DNA from: Gracilinanus agilis
Taxonomy: Eukaryota
Reading direction: 5' to 3'
Assembly: GCF_016433145.1 (NCBI RefSeq)
Contig: NC_058133.1
Coordinates: forward strand, 251,235,442-251,299,441
Length of the DNA: 64,000 nucleotides
Part shown: piece by piece, positions 11,325 to 22,810 of the stretch
Numbering within the stretch: the stretch's first letter is position 1
Layout of the letters: each line of letters starts with the position of its first letter
Program-made: the position numbers and the translations under genes
Notes under the pieces: generated by a model
The model's database searches: none
Told to the model about the DNA's origin: nothing
What the model saw: only the letters and a program-made list of their open reading frames with translations

Positions 11325-13420
11325 ACTATTTATCCTAATCTTTATCCTGGCCTTCAGTCTTACCTCTCCAGCTGCCTACTGGACATCATGAACTGAATGT
11401 CCCACAAGTATCTTAAATTTATTATGTCTAAAAGTGACTTCATTATTTTCCCTCCTACATCCTTCCCTCTTCCTAACTTCCCAAGGGCATTACCACCCTG
11501 CCAATCACCCAAGCTCACAAGCTCCTTATTCTGATCATATCAGAATTATTATTCATTATTGAATCCTGTCAACTTTGTCCTTTGCATCTTCTTCTCTCTT
11601 CTGACATTGCTATCACCCTTGTATAGGCCCCCATCACCATAAAAGACCACTCTAATCGATTTCTGATAGTCTACCTGCCTCAAGTCTCTCTCTACTCCAG
11701 ACCATTCTCTACTCAGCTGGCAAATTCATCTTCCCAAGTCTGACCATGTGACACACCAGTCACACCCCCTTACCAATTTAATTCAATCAACTTTTACCAC
11801 CAGGATCAAATATAAAATCTCTAGTTAGTATTTAATAAAGCTTTGAATAACTTGATCTTACACTTTATTCCCTCCCCACCATGTACTCTGAAATCCAGTG
11901 ACCTATCCTCCTTGCTGTTGCTCTCACAAGATAGTCCATGAATTTTCACCAGCTCTTCTTTCTGCCTGGAATGCTCCCTCCTCATGTGTCTCCTGGGTTC
12001 CTTCTAGTCTGAGCTAAAATCCCACCTCTTCTGATTCCCCTTACTGCTAAAGAATGTCCTTCCTAATTTATCTTGCATAGATCATAGTTGTCCATATTTG
12101 TTTGAATTATTTCCCCATTAGACTGTGAGCTCATTACAAACAAGGATTTCCTGCCTTTTTTGTTATCTCCAACACTTAGCACATAGTAGGTCCTTAATAA
12201 ATGCTTGCTTGACTTGTTGATCTAGTGGACTTATCAACTTACTTAATTCCTATGATGTACACCATAATCCTCCTCCTTCATGATCTCTGAGTTCCCCCAT
12301 CTGAGTATAACCTCCAATCCATCTCTTTCCATTCCTCTTGGTTCCTAAACCTTTTCTTTGCCATTGTAACAACTTCTAGGAGCTCCTTTGCTCCCTCTAG
12401 ACCAATGATGGGCAAACTACAGTCCTCGGGCCAGATACAGGCCCCCCCTACACACAGATTGGGGGAGGGGAGCCTGAAATGTTCTATCTGGCTTCCGGAC
12501 TTTATTCCTAATCTGAAGAATACAATGAGTAGGATGCAATACAATGAAACATCGAAAGAGTTGCCTTAGAAACAGACTGACAGATGAGCATTTCCTTTCC
12601 TTTGGCCCCCTCTAAAAAGTTTGCCCATCACTAATCTAGACTGTTTCTTCCTTTAAAAAATTTCCATCCTATAGTTAACGAGTTCAATTATGCACTCTCC
12701 ACTCTCCAACTTCTCACTCCCAGTCCTATCACCACCAATTGCCTTCTCCTTAATGAACATGTACTTCTCAATAATACTAAAACCTTCTTACCTGGGATCA
12801 TTAGAAATTTTCCATCTAATCTCAACGGTGTCTTCAGACCTATAAGGGGACACTTTTATTCTTGCTTTCTGTGCCATTTTATACTGTGGCGAATCTATAA
12901 CTTTGAGGGCCCCAGCCCCCACCTCTTCCTCCTCCCTGTCAGAAGAGCCCCAACCAGAAACTTTGCCAGAACACAAAGACCACTCCCTTTTAATGCTGCT
13001 GCTTCTCTCTCACCCAGCAATTCAAAATCCCTAAACATTTAGTCATATTCTCTCCCAAGTTGCTAAAGTCTTTCAGGAATGGTCCTCCACCAAAAGGCCA
13101 ATCTCTCAATGTGCACCAGATCCTTCAGCCTCCACTTACCACTCCCTCTGGGTCACTTTGTCATCACTCCTCCCTTATCTTCACCCTCTCTTTCTATAGG
13201 CTCCTTCCCTTCTATCTAAAAACATACCCAAGATTTTCTCAGCCTTAAAAAAAATTCAATTGCCATGGTCATCCTCATATCTTTGTACTTCAAAAAACAA
13301 TCTTCTAGAAAAAGCTATTTACATTTGCTGTTTCCCCTTCCATTCCTCTTGCAATTGAGTTTTCTACTTTATCCCTCAACTCAAACTACAATCTACTAAA
13401 ATCAACAGCCTTCTCTCAGT
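11325..13420 (-). mobile_element. Old L2 LINE fragments (also about 9520-9970)
   Basis: Pyrimidine-rich L2-like text (GACATC...GAATGTCCCACAAGTATCTTAAA, ...AATAAATGCTTG 3' end). Recognised by resemblance only. Confidence 0.6.
12403..12633 (+). mobile_element. hAT/Charlie-type MITE, second copy of the family at 9981
   Basis: TIRs CAATGATGGGCAAA / TTTGCCCATCACTA; TSD CTCTAGAC / ATCTAGAC; internally collinear with the 9981 copy. Confidence 0.85.
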
Positions 13421-14901
13421 CTTTATCTTCCAGACCTGACAGCAGCTCTACACTGTTTTATTAGGTGCTTCCTATGTGCCAACATCAATACAAACACTGA
13501 CAGAAAGATTGTCAGGACAATCAAGTCTCCACCTTCAAGGGGCTTACCTTCTAATAAGAAAAAAATAACACATTTTTTATAATAATTTTTAAAAAGGAGG
13601 TTTTCTTGTTTCTCTCCTTTCCCTCCTAACCATTTCTTCTCAATATCCTTTGGCTGGATCATTATTTATATCTCAGACCCAAACTCTAGGTGTCTCTTGA
13701 GGCTCTGTCCCAGTTTTCTCTTCTCTTCATATACTACCTGTATTTAATTGCCCCACCAGTTCCCATGAGATCAATTATAATCTCACTCAAGAGTTCCATG
13801 CCATTCCCTAGACTTGCACAATAAGTACTAGTGGATACCTGTTGTCTCTAGGATCTAGGTGAGGTGGAAGATTTGGTATGACACTGCCTCACTTAAATTC
13901 AATTTATTAGAAAACTTCAAAAGATTTCACTCAAATATTCTCTGTGCTGCAATTCCTCATCACCAATTGTCTACTGGAAAGCCTGGATGTCTCATAGGCA
14001 TCTCAATCAGAATTCATTTTCTTTCTCTCAAACCTACCCCTATAACTTAATTTCTGTCTGTGAGAGATGAGAGCACCACCATCCTTCTAGTCACTCAGAG
14101 TCCCAAACTCAGCATCATTCTCAGTTACTGCCTCTCAATCCCCAAATCCAATTAACTGTAAGTCTGGTCTAGTCTACCTCCATAACCTGTCTAGCATCTA
14201 CCTTCACTATTGTATCAACTTCATAATTGGTTTCCTTGCTTCCCTGCCATTTCTAATCCATCCTCCAGAGCTGTGGAAAATAATCTTCCTAAAGCATATT
14301 TGGTGATAGCCCCCTTCTTCAAGAACCTCAAGTAACTCTCTACTGCCTCCAGGATAAAATATAAATTCTTTATCTTGGCATTTAAAGTCCTCATGGTCTG
14401 GCTCTAGCCTATCTTTCTAGACTTATTCATATTACTCCCCCTCACACACTCTTAGGTTCCAGCCAGACTGCCCTACTTGCTGTTTATAGTGCTTTATACC
14501 TAATAATCACTTAATAGACAAGTTTTCTTCATTCAAAATCTAATCATCTTTCTCCTGACTCCTTGATGAGAGCAGAGACTGTGTTTTGTTTAGTCACTGC
14601 ATCCCCAGAGCTTATGCCAGGCTAAGTCCCTGTACAACTAGTAGAGATAATAGCCACTGATGGCTTTTGCAGCCACTAGTAACAAAGAACACTCTAAAGA
14701 TACTGACTGAAGAGGCTGAGGTTCTGATCAAGAGAACAGGGGGTCAAGAGAACAGATCTGGAGAGGGGCACCAAAATTCAAATGTACAACCTCTGTGGGG
14801 GACCAGTGGAGTTTACTTATGAAATTCATGACATGAGAGGGTAGAATTACAGAGCTAGCATAACTAACTAGGATGGTGGTAGAGTGGTCATAGTCACTTA
14901 C

Positions 14902-17900
14902 TCTGAGGGAGCCACAGGCCCGGGGGAAGTAGGTCATGCAGGCCTTCATTCCCTCCAATGCTGACAGCTCACACTATGAGGGAATAAGAAGGAAAGTGAG
15001 CAAAAGCCTCTCCCATACCCTAGTGCTTTCAAATCCTCTTCCCAGTCCCAGAGCCTCCAATCCTTCATCCCCATTCCTAGCTTCAGCAATTCCTCCTCCC
15101 TACTCCCAGGCCCACTTCTCCAGGTGGAGCCCTGCCCTGAGGGCACAGGCTTTACCTCAGGTTTGAGGCCCAGCAAAGATGTCAACAGGCCAGGTAAATG
15201 GTTTGTGGAGATGTCTCGGGAAAGCTCAGGGAGCTGGGCTGAGTATCGAAGCAGATCTCTCAGAATGGCCACAGCCAGCTCCATGGTAGGTGCTGGGTCC
15301 TGAGACTGAAATGGAAGGATAAGAAAGAAAAATGTAGAGCCCAGGGAAAACCCATGTTCTTACTCTCTAAAGGGAAGCAAAGTTTTTAGGAAGAACACAG
15401 AGCCAAAAAAAGGATGCAACATAGTAGGAAGAGCACTAGATTAAGAGGCAATTAGGCAGCTGATTAGCACTTTATTAAGCATACCAAGGGTCCAAAGACA
15501 TCAATTCAAATGCAAATAGAAAGTCTGGATGGTCAGTTCCAGCCCTCAAAAGGACTTACATTCTAATGGGAGAAGACAATGCATTTAAAAAAAAAAAAAG
15601 GAAGCTGAAAAGAGGTGAGAGGAGTGGGAAGAGACAAAAGTATACATAGCATAGTAAAAGAGTCCATTAAAGGTTCAAAACTTTCAAGTCTTTTCCCTGT
15701 CTAGGTAGAGAGCTCTCCAACAGGACCTGGGTTAGAAGCTCAATTCTGCTGTGTCCTCTCTGACCTTGGTCAAAGAAACTAACCTCTCAGGGTGTCTAGA
15801 GAGGACTAGATCAGATTATTCCTAAATCTCTTTTAACTTTAAAATCCAGTGATTCTGGCATCTCCAGAGGATATAAATTTGGTTTTCAATAGAAATTGAG
15901 AGCTTTTAAACCATAAATAATGCAAAAAAAAATTGCATTTTGCTTTGAGAAAAATTTTTATTCTTGTCTTTTTAATGTAGCATTTGATGACAAATTTCTT
16001 GAAGAAACTTTAGAGGCCATCTGAGTTCAAGTACCTCATTTTTACAAAGGAAGAAATTTAGGCTAAGAAGTTAAACTCATAGTCAGGAAGTATCTGAAGA
16101 AGGATTTGAATTCGGATCCTTCCTGATTTGAGCAATCTAGCTTGGGAATTGAATTCAAGATGGAAAAGCCACCTAAAGAGAACTTAGTCTAGAGACACTA
16201 CAGGCTACCTAGTTTCCCCATCTCAAACTATTTCTCAATTCTTTTAAACAAGCTATTTCCTTCTGAAAATGAGTAGCATCATCTCCTAGATTGAAGTTCT
16301 GATATTCACATCTCTAGTGATATAAAATTTGAAAACTGATTTTGTTGTTTAGTCATGTCCAACTCTTTGAGACCCCATTTGGGGTTTTCTTGGCAAAGGC
16401 CCTGAAGTGGTTTGCTGTTTCCTTCTCTAGCTCATTTTACAGATGAAAAAACTGAGGCAAAGAGAATTAAGAGACTTGCCCAGGGTCACACAGCTACTAA
16501 GTATCTGAAGTTAGATTTGAACTCAAGGAAGAAAAGTCTTCCTGACTCCCGGCCCAGTACTCTCTCTGCTGCACCATCTAACTGCCCATTTGAGCCTCCT
16601 AATAACCCAGGAGATATATATACTATTACCCTCCTGAGACTGATTTACCTAGGGCCACATAGCTTACAAGCGTCAAAGCAGAATTTGAACTCCAGCCTTC
16701 CTAACTTCATGTTACTCCAATGCTTATTCAAGCATCAGTTTGAAAAGGGCAGTCCTTATCTCTAAGCTTGCTAGCTCACAACTTTCTTAAAATTAGGAAG
16801 GTAAAGGAAAGCAGTAGATTGCAAAGTTGTTCCCTGTTAAATGAATACCTTAAGCACAGAAGAATAAAACTCAACTCTTTTTCTCCATCAGGCCCCTACA
16901 AGTCCATAGAAGAGGATTAAAAAGCCAGCAGAGAGGGGGCAGCTGGGTAGCTCAGTGGATTGAGAGTCAGGCCTGGAGACGGGAGGTCCTAGGTTCAAAT
17001 CTGACCTCAGACACTTCCCAGCTGTGTGACCCTGGGCAAGTCACTTGACCCCCATTGCCTACCCTTACCACTCTTCTGCCTTGGAGCCAATATGTAGTAT
17101 TGACTCCAAGACGGAAGGTAAGGGTTTAAAAAAAAAAAAAAAAAGCCAGCAGAGATAAGAATGTTAGCAAAAGTAAACCAAGGTGAGGATATCTGTAGAA
17201 AAGTTAAAATGGGATGTTTTAAAGGAGTTTATTTAATATAGCAAGTAATAAGGTCAAAGGAATTAGGTAAATACAGTGAATAAGAATAATAGCAAAGAGC
17301 TGAACACAGCATTCTTGTCCCATGACCATCTTCCTATACTCAATGGATTGGGTCTTATTACTTTACCAGTTTCCCTTACAATAAGGAATCCACCATACCC
17401 AGGAAATAAGGAGTCAGGGGGAAAGGATATGCTTACCTGAAGGACATGCTGAATACTACGGAGCCAGGAGACACTGTGCTGTTGGAACATCTCAGTAGGA
17501 CTCTCTGCCACCAGCAGGGAAAGCAAACACAATCCCTCAAACCTGGCAAAAGGATGAGGATGGGCAATGTCTGAGAGGGTCAGCTAGATTCCAGAGAATA
17601 ACACCTCCTTCTCTTTACCTATCTCTTGGGATATAGTCCCATCCTAGTCCTAACTCCTAAAGAATGGGGGGTAGGGTTGGGAAAAGATTGAGAAGGAGTC
17701 TGAGAAGCAAAAGGACAAGAGACACTTCAAGTGTAATACAAGAAGGCCTGAGTGTTAATGTACAACTTGAATTGGATAAGAAAGTAATATAATTATATGT
17801 AAATCTTAGCTTCCAGTTAAGGGAGGTTGTAAAACCCAGGAGTGGGGCTTCTAGAATAAGCTACTACATCCAATATATGGAAGGAGGGAGATGAATAAGG

Positions 17901-20780
17901 TGATCTCAGGAGGAACAAGGAGATTCCTTCTAAAGCCCCAAATATAAAAATGGATATGTGGTTGAATTCCTGCACCTGGGGTAAAGGATAAAACCTGATA
18001 AAAGGACTCACCGAGTCTTGATGGAACCAAGTCGGGCATTGCTGAGACCCACCAGTGCTCCCACAGCTGAGAGGTTCTATAGAAAGAAATCACGGTTAGG
18101 CAGGGGAAAGTGAGAGAGCCCACACAGTATTATTTCTCTATCATCTGAAAAGTCCCAACTATTCTAAAACTCAGTATCCAAGCTCTCACCTAAAAACCCA
18201 ACTCAATTCTTCCAGAAGTCCTTATACCAAGCCTCTATCCAATTAAGTGGAAAGCCTAGGCCTCTTGGCTCCCACTGATAAAACTCTTTGGCTTCATTCT
18301 AATTTAATTCAACACATATTTACTGAGTGCCTACTGTTATGGGTTATAGAAGAGAAGCATGACACAGCTTTGGTTTTCAAGGAGCTTGCCACATTGTTTA
18401 GGGGCATAAGAGGTGATCGATAATATGAAAAATGATTTTTAAAAGCTCAAAGAGAATATAATTAAGGGTTCCCAAAGAATGGTACATGAATTTCTGAGAG
18501 ATCAGAAGTCAGGTAAGCCTAATTATCATGGAAGGCTTTATGTAAGTATTGAAGAAAGGGGAGGATTTACATAAATCACATAGAGAAAGGGTATTCCAGC
18601 TGAGGGAAAACAAAAGAAGCAGATGAAAAGTGTTTCTAGGCAGCAATGAGATTAGCTGGTAGCTGAAAAATGGAAACAAAGTGGAAGATATACAAGAGGG
18701 GTCAGATTGCAGATGGCTCTGGCAAGGAAGATTTTGCTATAAACATAATGCTATAAGTAATGAGAAGCTATTATATGTTCTCAAGCAAGGAAGGGAAATG
18801 ATAAAAACGGTGTTTGGTCATGGTATGGTGGGTGATTCAGAATGGGAAGACAAGATGTACAGAAATTATTTGGGGGGGGGGGGGGGAACAGTTAGGTGGC
18901 TCAGTGGATTGAGAGCCAGGCCTAGAGATAGGAGGTCCTAGGTTCAAATCTGGCCTGTGTGACCTTGGGCAAGTCCCTTAACCCTCATTGCCTAGGCCTT
19001 ACTTACTTACTCTTCTGCCTTAGAATCAATACATAGTTCTAAGACAGAAGGTGAGGTTTAAAAAAAATAGAAATGAGTTAATCAATGAATAAATGAATAC
19101 CTACTATTCACTGGATAGCACTGGACTAGACAATAAACGGATACAAAGAAACCAGGCAAAAAATCTCTCCCTTTGAAGAAAACAAAATCTTAATGCAGAA
19201 GAAAAATACAAACAGGAAGCACACCAATAACAATAAAACTCAAATGTATAATCAAGTGCTAAATGAATGGTAAAACAAATATCATAAGAATTTGCAGGAG
19301 GAAGTTTCATCAGTGAAGAATAAGGTGAACCACATTGCTAAAATCTGAAGGGAGAGGTAAAGAAAACTGCATTCCACAGCAGGGGACAATGATAAGGAAA
19401 CACTCAAATGTTTGTATAAGCATAGCATGATCTGATTAGCTTAAAACTAAAACTTGAGAAATATAAGACAAAAAAGGGACATTGGGGCCAGACTGAGAAA
19501 GGTCATTCATAAAGGCCAATGTGGGCTTTAGGCAATGGAGAATCAATGAGAGCTTCTGAGCAAATAAATGACACAATAAATGTAATATTAAAAGAAAAAG
19601 TTAGACAAGAGTCCATACATGTAGTGGTGTATACTGGTGACAGTATAACAAGTTACAAGACTCTTGTAGCACATCAGGCATAAGATAACTATATCCATGC
19701 TAGTGGGGACAGAAAGGAAAGAGTAAATTCAAGAGCAATAGCCCTACTTGTTCCAAAGCCTATAGTATCTCTCCCTTTCTCACTCACCCAATTCATCTTC
19801 CTTTAACACCAAATTTGGTAATAAATAGGATGTGAATAATGAAGGAGAAAAGAATCACACTTCCAAAATGACCAAATAAAGAGTCAAAGAGGCTTGTAAA
19901 AATGTGGAGTGAAGGTAAGTGGGAAGATAGTGGTAAAATGAGAAATCGAGACTCTTGGGGGAATTCATAATAAGATAAGTAGTGCTGAAAAGGAAGAGAC
20001 TATATAGATTATCTAGTCAAAGCTACTCATTTAATGAAGAAAACTAAGGCCAAGATACGGAAAACAGCTAGACACATAACAAGTAGGGGGAATGGATGCA
20101 GAACTGTGCCCTACACTGTACGATACTGCTTCAAAAGGAAGATATTGATTATAAATCCCTTGAGTGTGAGGTGATCCTGGGAGATCCTCTATACAAGTCT
20201 GGAAAGAAATGGTTCCTGAACACGATAATCTGAGAATCAACAGAGAAGAGAGAAATACCAATCAAAACTAGCCTTCCTCCCAGCCTCCTCTGGACTACAG
20301 GTTAATCTCCCTATTCCTTACTAGGGACCTATTATCTCTAGGATCCTCGTTACTTAACTCTTTTACCGGCAGAGCTTCTCCCTTCCAGATTTCTCCTCTT
20401 AGGTTCCCCTCCCATCACCTGGAGGCTGACCCCGACCCAAAAACCTCAACACAGCCCCACTCCCGAAAGCTCACCAGTGAGAAGTCCCCTTCCCACACCA
20501 CTCGCCCCACCAGGCCCCGCCCACCGGCGCTCTACTTCACCTGGGCCCCGCCCATCGTCCCGTGCAGCCTCAGCAGACGCACGAGCCCCGGCACCAGCGG
20601 GGCGGTGGGGGGCGAGGGAGGCGCGGCAGACCCGGCCCGAGGCTGCAATAACCCAGATACGCTCTCCAAAAGCAGCATGCGGAGACGCGACCCAGGACCC
20701 GCGGCCGGGAGACCGCCTGCTCCGCCCGGACCCCCAGCCCCAGAACCTGCGGGGCTCCCGCTCAGCACGGCTGCCGCCAT
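14902..20780 (-). CDS. PELP1: PELP1 (proline-, glutamate- and leucine-rich protein 1), 5' part: coding exons 20541-20780, 18012-18076, 17437-17542, 15156-15305, 14902-14973; continues beyond the left edge
   Basis: The spliced translation MAAAVLSG...[16 protein letters not shown]...[135 protein letters not shown] matches the recalled PELP1 N-terminus. All introns are GT-AG with consistent phases (240/65/106/150/72 bp). The gene is head-to-head with ARRB2, as in human. Confidence 0.96.
16342..16588 (-). mobile_element. MAR1/RTE-tailed CORE-SINE
   Basis: TTGTTGTTTAGTCATGTCCAACTCTTTG...CCTTCTCTAGCTCATTTTACAGATG...CTTGCCCAGGGTCACACAGCT...GCTGCCC-like end. Confidence 0.8.
16935..17140 (+). mobile_element. 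Young SINE1_Mdo-type SINE with TSD
   Basis: Full head to poly(A), flanked by TSD AAAAGCCAGCAGAGA. Confidence 0.95.
18881..19066 (+). mobile_element. SINE1_Mdo-type SINE
   Basis: GGCTCAGTGGATTGAGAGCCAGGCCTAGAG...GACAGAAGGTGAGGTTTAAAA. Confidence 0.85.
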
Positions 20781-20950
20781 CTTCGCTTGCACTCTGGGCC
20801 GCTGCGCAGTGTGATGACGTCAACACGCTGCGACTGTGCAGTGGGAGGAGGTAGGGATATGAGGAGCTCAAAGCATGCGTACTGAGGACCAGAGGGGACC
20901 TGGCGCCAGAGAAAGAACAGGTTGCGCGTGCGCATTGAAGCTGGTGTGGG
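20440..20950 (-). promoter_or_regulatory. PELP1 CpG island/promoter with CRE, NRF1 and YY1 motifs
   Basis: CpG-dense. TGACGTCA at 20815-20822, TGCGCGTGCGCA at 20923-20934, and AAGATGGCGGC over the start codon (minus strand). Confidence 0.75.
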
Positions 20951-22119
20951 GCAGAGCTAGGAGTATGAGACTAGTGATTTAATTAATATTGATGAGCACT
21001 TTCTTGGAGGGGAATCGAGGGCCAACTGTGCGAATAGTAGGGGACGGGAGGAAGAGTTGTTCTCTTTCCCCTTCCGTGTAGGACAAGTTTTGATACGACT
21101 CAGCTCTATTTCTTACCACCCCACCGCCAGCATTCCAGCCCCCCAAGCTTGCTTGCTTGGGATCGGGGTGGAGCCAGGGATGTAGTTGGGGAAAATTATT
21201 TCACCAAAAATGTATTTGGGGTCTATATCATCATTCCTAAAGGAAATCCTTTATATGTCATAAAGTTCACTTGCATACCATCTTTATACTCCCTCGAAGG
21301 CCATATTATTATTATTACTATCGAGAATTCCTCAAGAGGGTTATGAATATCCATCTTTCTAAGTGTGTCCTGGAGGATCCTGGAACAGAGCTTTGGAAAA
21401 CAAGTTGACAGTAGAAGATAAAAAGATGTTTAATAATCACAGAATGTTAGAATTGGAAGGCATCTTAGAGATGATAACTTCCATTCATAGCACTAAGGTT
21501 TTTAAAGTGCTTTACAAAAGATCTTTTTTCCTCATAGCAACCCTTCAGGTAAATACTACAAGCATTATCTGCATTTGGAAAACTAGAGTTTGGAACTTGT
21601 ACATAGTCTTGCTTAGTATCAGGATATGTTTGGAATCCGGTTCTCCCCCGACCCAAAATGCAAGGCCCTTCCCACTGTACCATGCTTCCTCTCTGGAAGA
21701 GTTATAGTATAGAGATCATAGATAATTAAGTGCTAAATTGTGATAGTTGATATCAAAGGAGTTCAGGAAAAAATAGCCATTTTGTATAACAATAATTTGG
21801 ATTGTTATAGTAATTTAAGGTTTGTAAAGCACTTTCTTTTCGTGAACTTGGCAATGCGAATATTAATTAGCTATTTTATCGATAAAGACACGGGATCCGA
21901 GAGGTTTAAAGATTCCCTTAACACACTCCTAATAAACGAATTGCAAACCAAGGTGTCCGGACTTCGAACTCAGAGGTCTTTCCGCAATCTAAAGGCTGAC
22001 TTTCCACTAGTTTGTTAAACAAAATTTCCATAATTTAATGAAGGAAAGAAAATGGGGTGGAGTGGAGTGAGATGGATGAATATGGAAGAGGAAAGTGGGT
22101 AGGGATATAGAATCAAAGG

Positions 22120-22810
22120 GGCGGCCAGAGAGTGCCGCGACCTCGCACTGCAAGGTATCTTGAGGGCGGTGCTAAAACGGGGCTGTTAGTCCCCGGGGAA
22201 GAAACTCGTTTTCAGTAGCTCTAATGGATGAATGTGGAATGTACGGCATATATCCATTCCTCTTCTTCTGTCCCTAGACCTGCTATCACTCATACTCAAT
22301 GCACGAAAAAGAGGTAGAGGGAAGAATATCTATTTGGCCAATTGGCGCGTGAGCCTGAACATGAAGATCCAATCCACAGGCTCATCTTGCCGGGGCGGGG
22401 ATGGGGGACGGGGAGAAGCCACCCTTTCGAATAGGGAACCAAAGAACTGCCTGGAAATGCGAAGAGGCGGGGAGAGGGGAGGAGCAAAGCTGCAGAGTGC
22501 TTACCAGAGTAGTTGCTGAGGAAGCACCAATCAGTGCGTGAGAGGGGGGCGGGCTTCGGCTCACCGTCCAATAAACTTGGAGAATTGGGGATACGGCTAG
22601 GAGTGGGAGGGGTAAAATCTCCACCTCTATCCCGACTGACGCGTCGGACCCGGGTTTTCTGGGATGGGGAGGGGGAGAGAGGTGGTGAAGCGCTTGCGCA
22701 GTGGTAGCGGGGAGGAGCTGGGCCAAGCAGCGGGCGAGGAAAGCAGTGAGCCACTAGCCGGGCGGATTGCTGCGCGCACCATGGGGGAGAAAGCAGGGAC
22801 CAGGTAAGTG
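22120..22810 (+). promoter_or_regulatory. ARRB2 CpG island/promoter
   Basis: CpG-rich, with CCAAT boxes at 22527-22531 and 22568-22572 and several GGGCGG GC boxes upstream of the ATG at 22781. Confidence 0.75.

Noticed and set aside
16935-17010. tRNA-like A/B boxes (TAGCTCAGTGG...GGTTCAAAT) recurring throughout the window
   Set aside because: These are SINE heads with SINE bodies and tails, not tRNA genes.
20446-20871. Long ORFs on both strands over the PELP1 first exon (141, 125 and 69 aa)
   Set aside because: GC-rich CpG-island sequence lacks stops by composition; only the MAAAVLSG frame matches a known protein.
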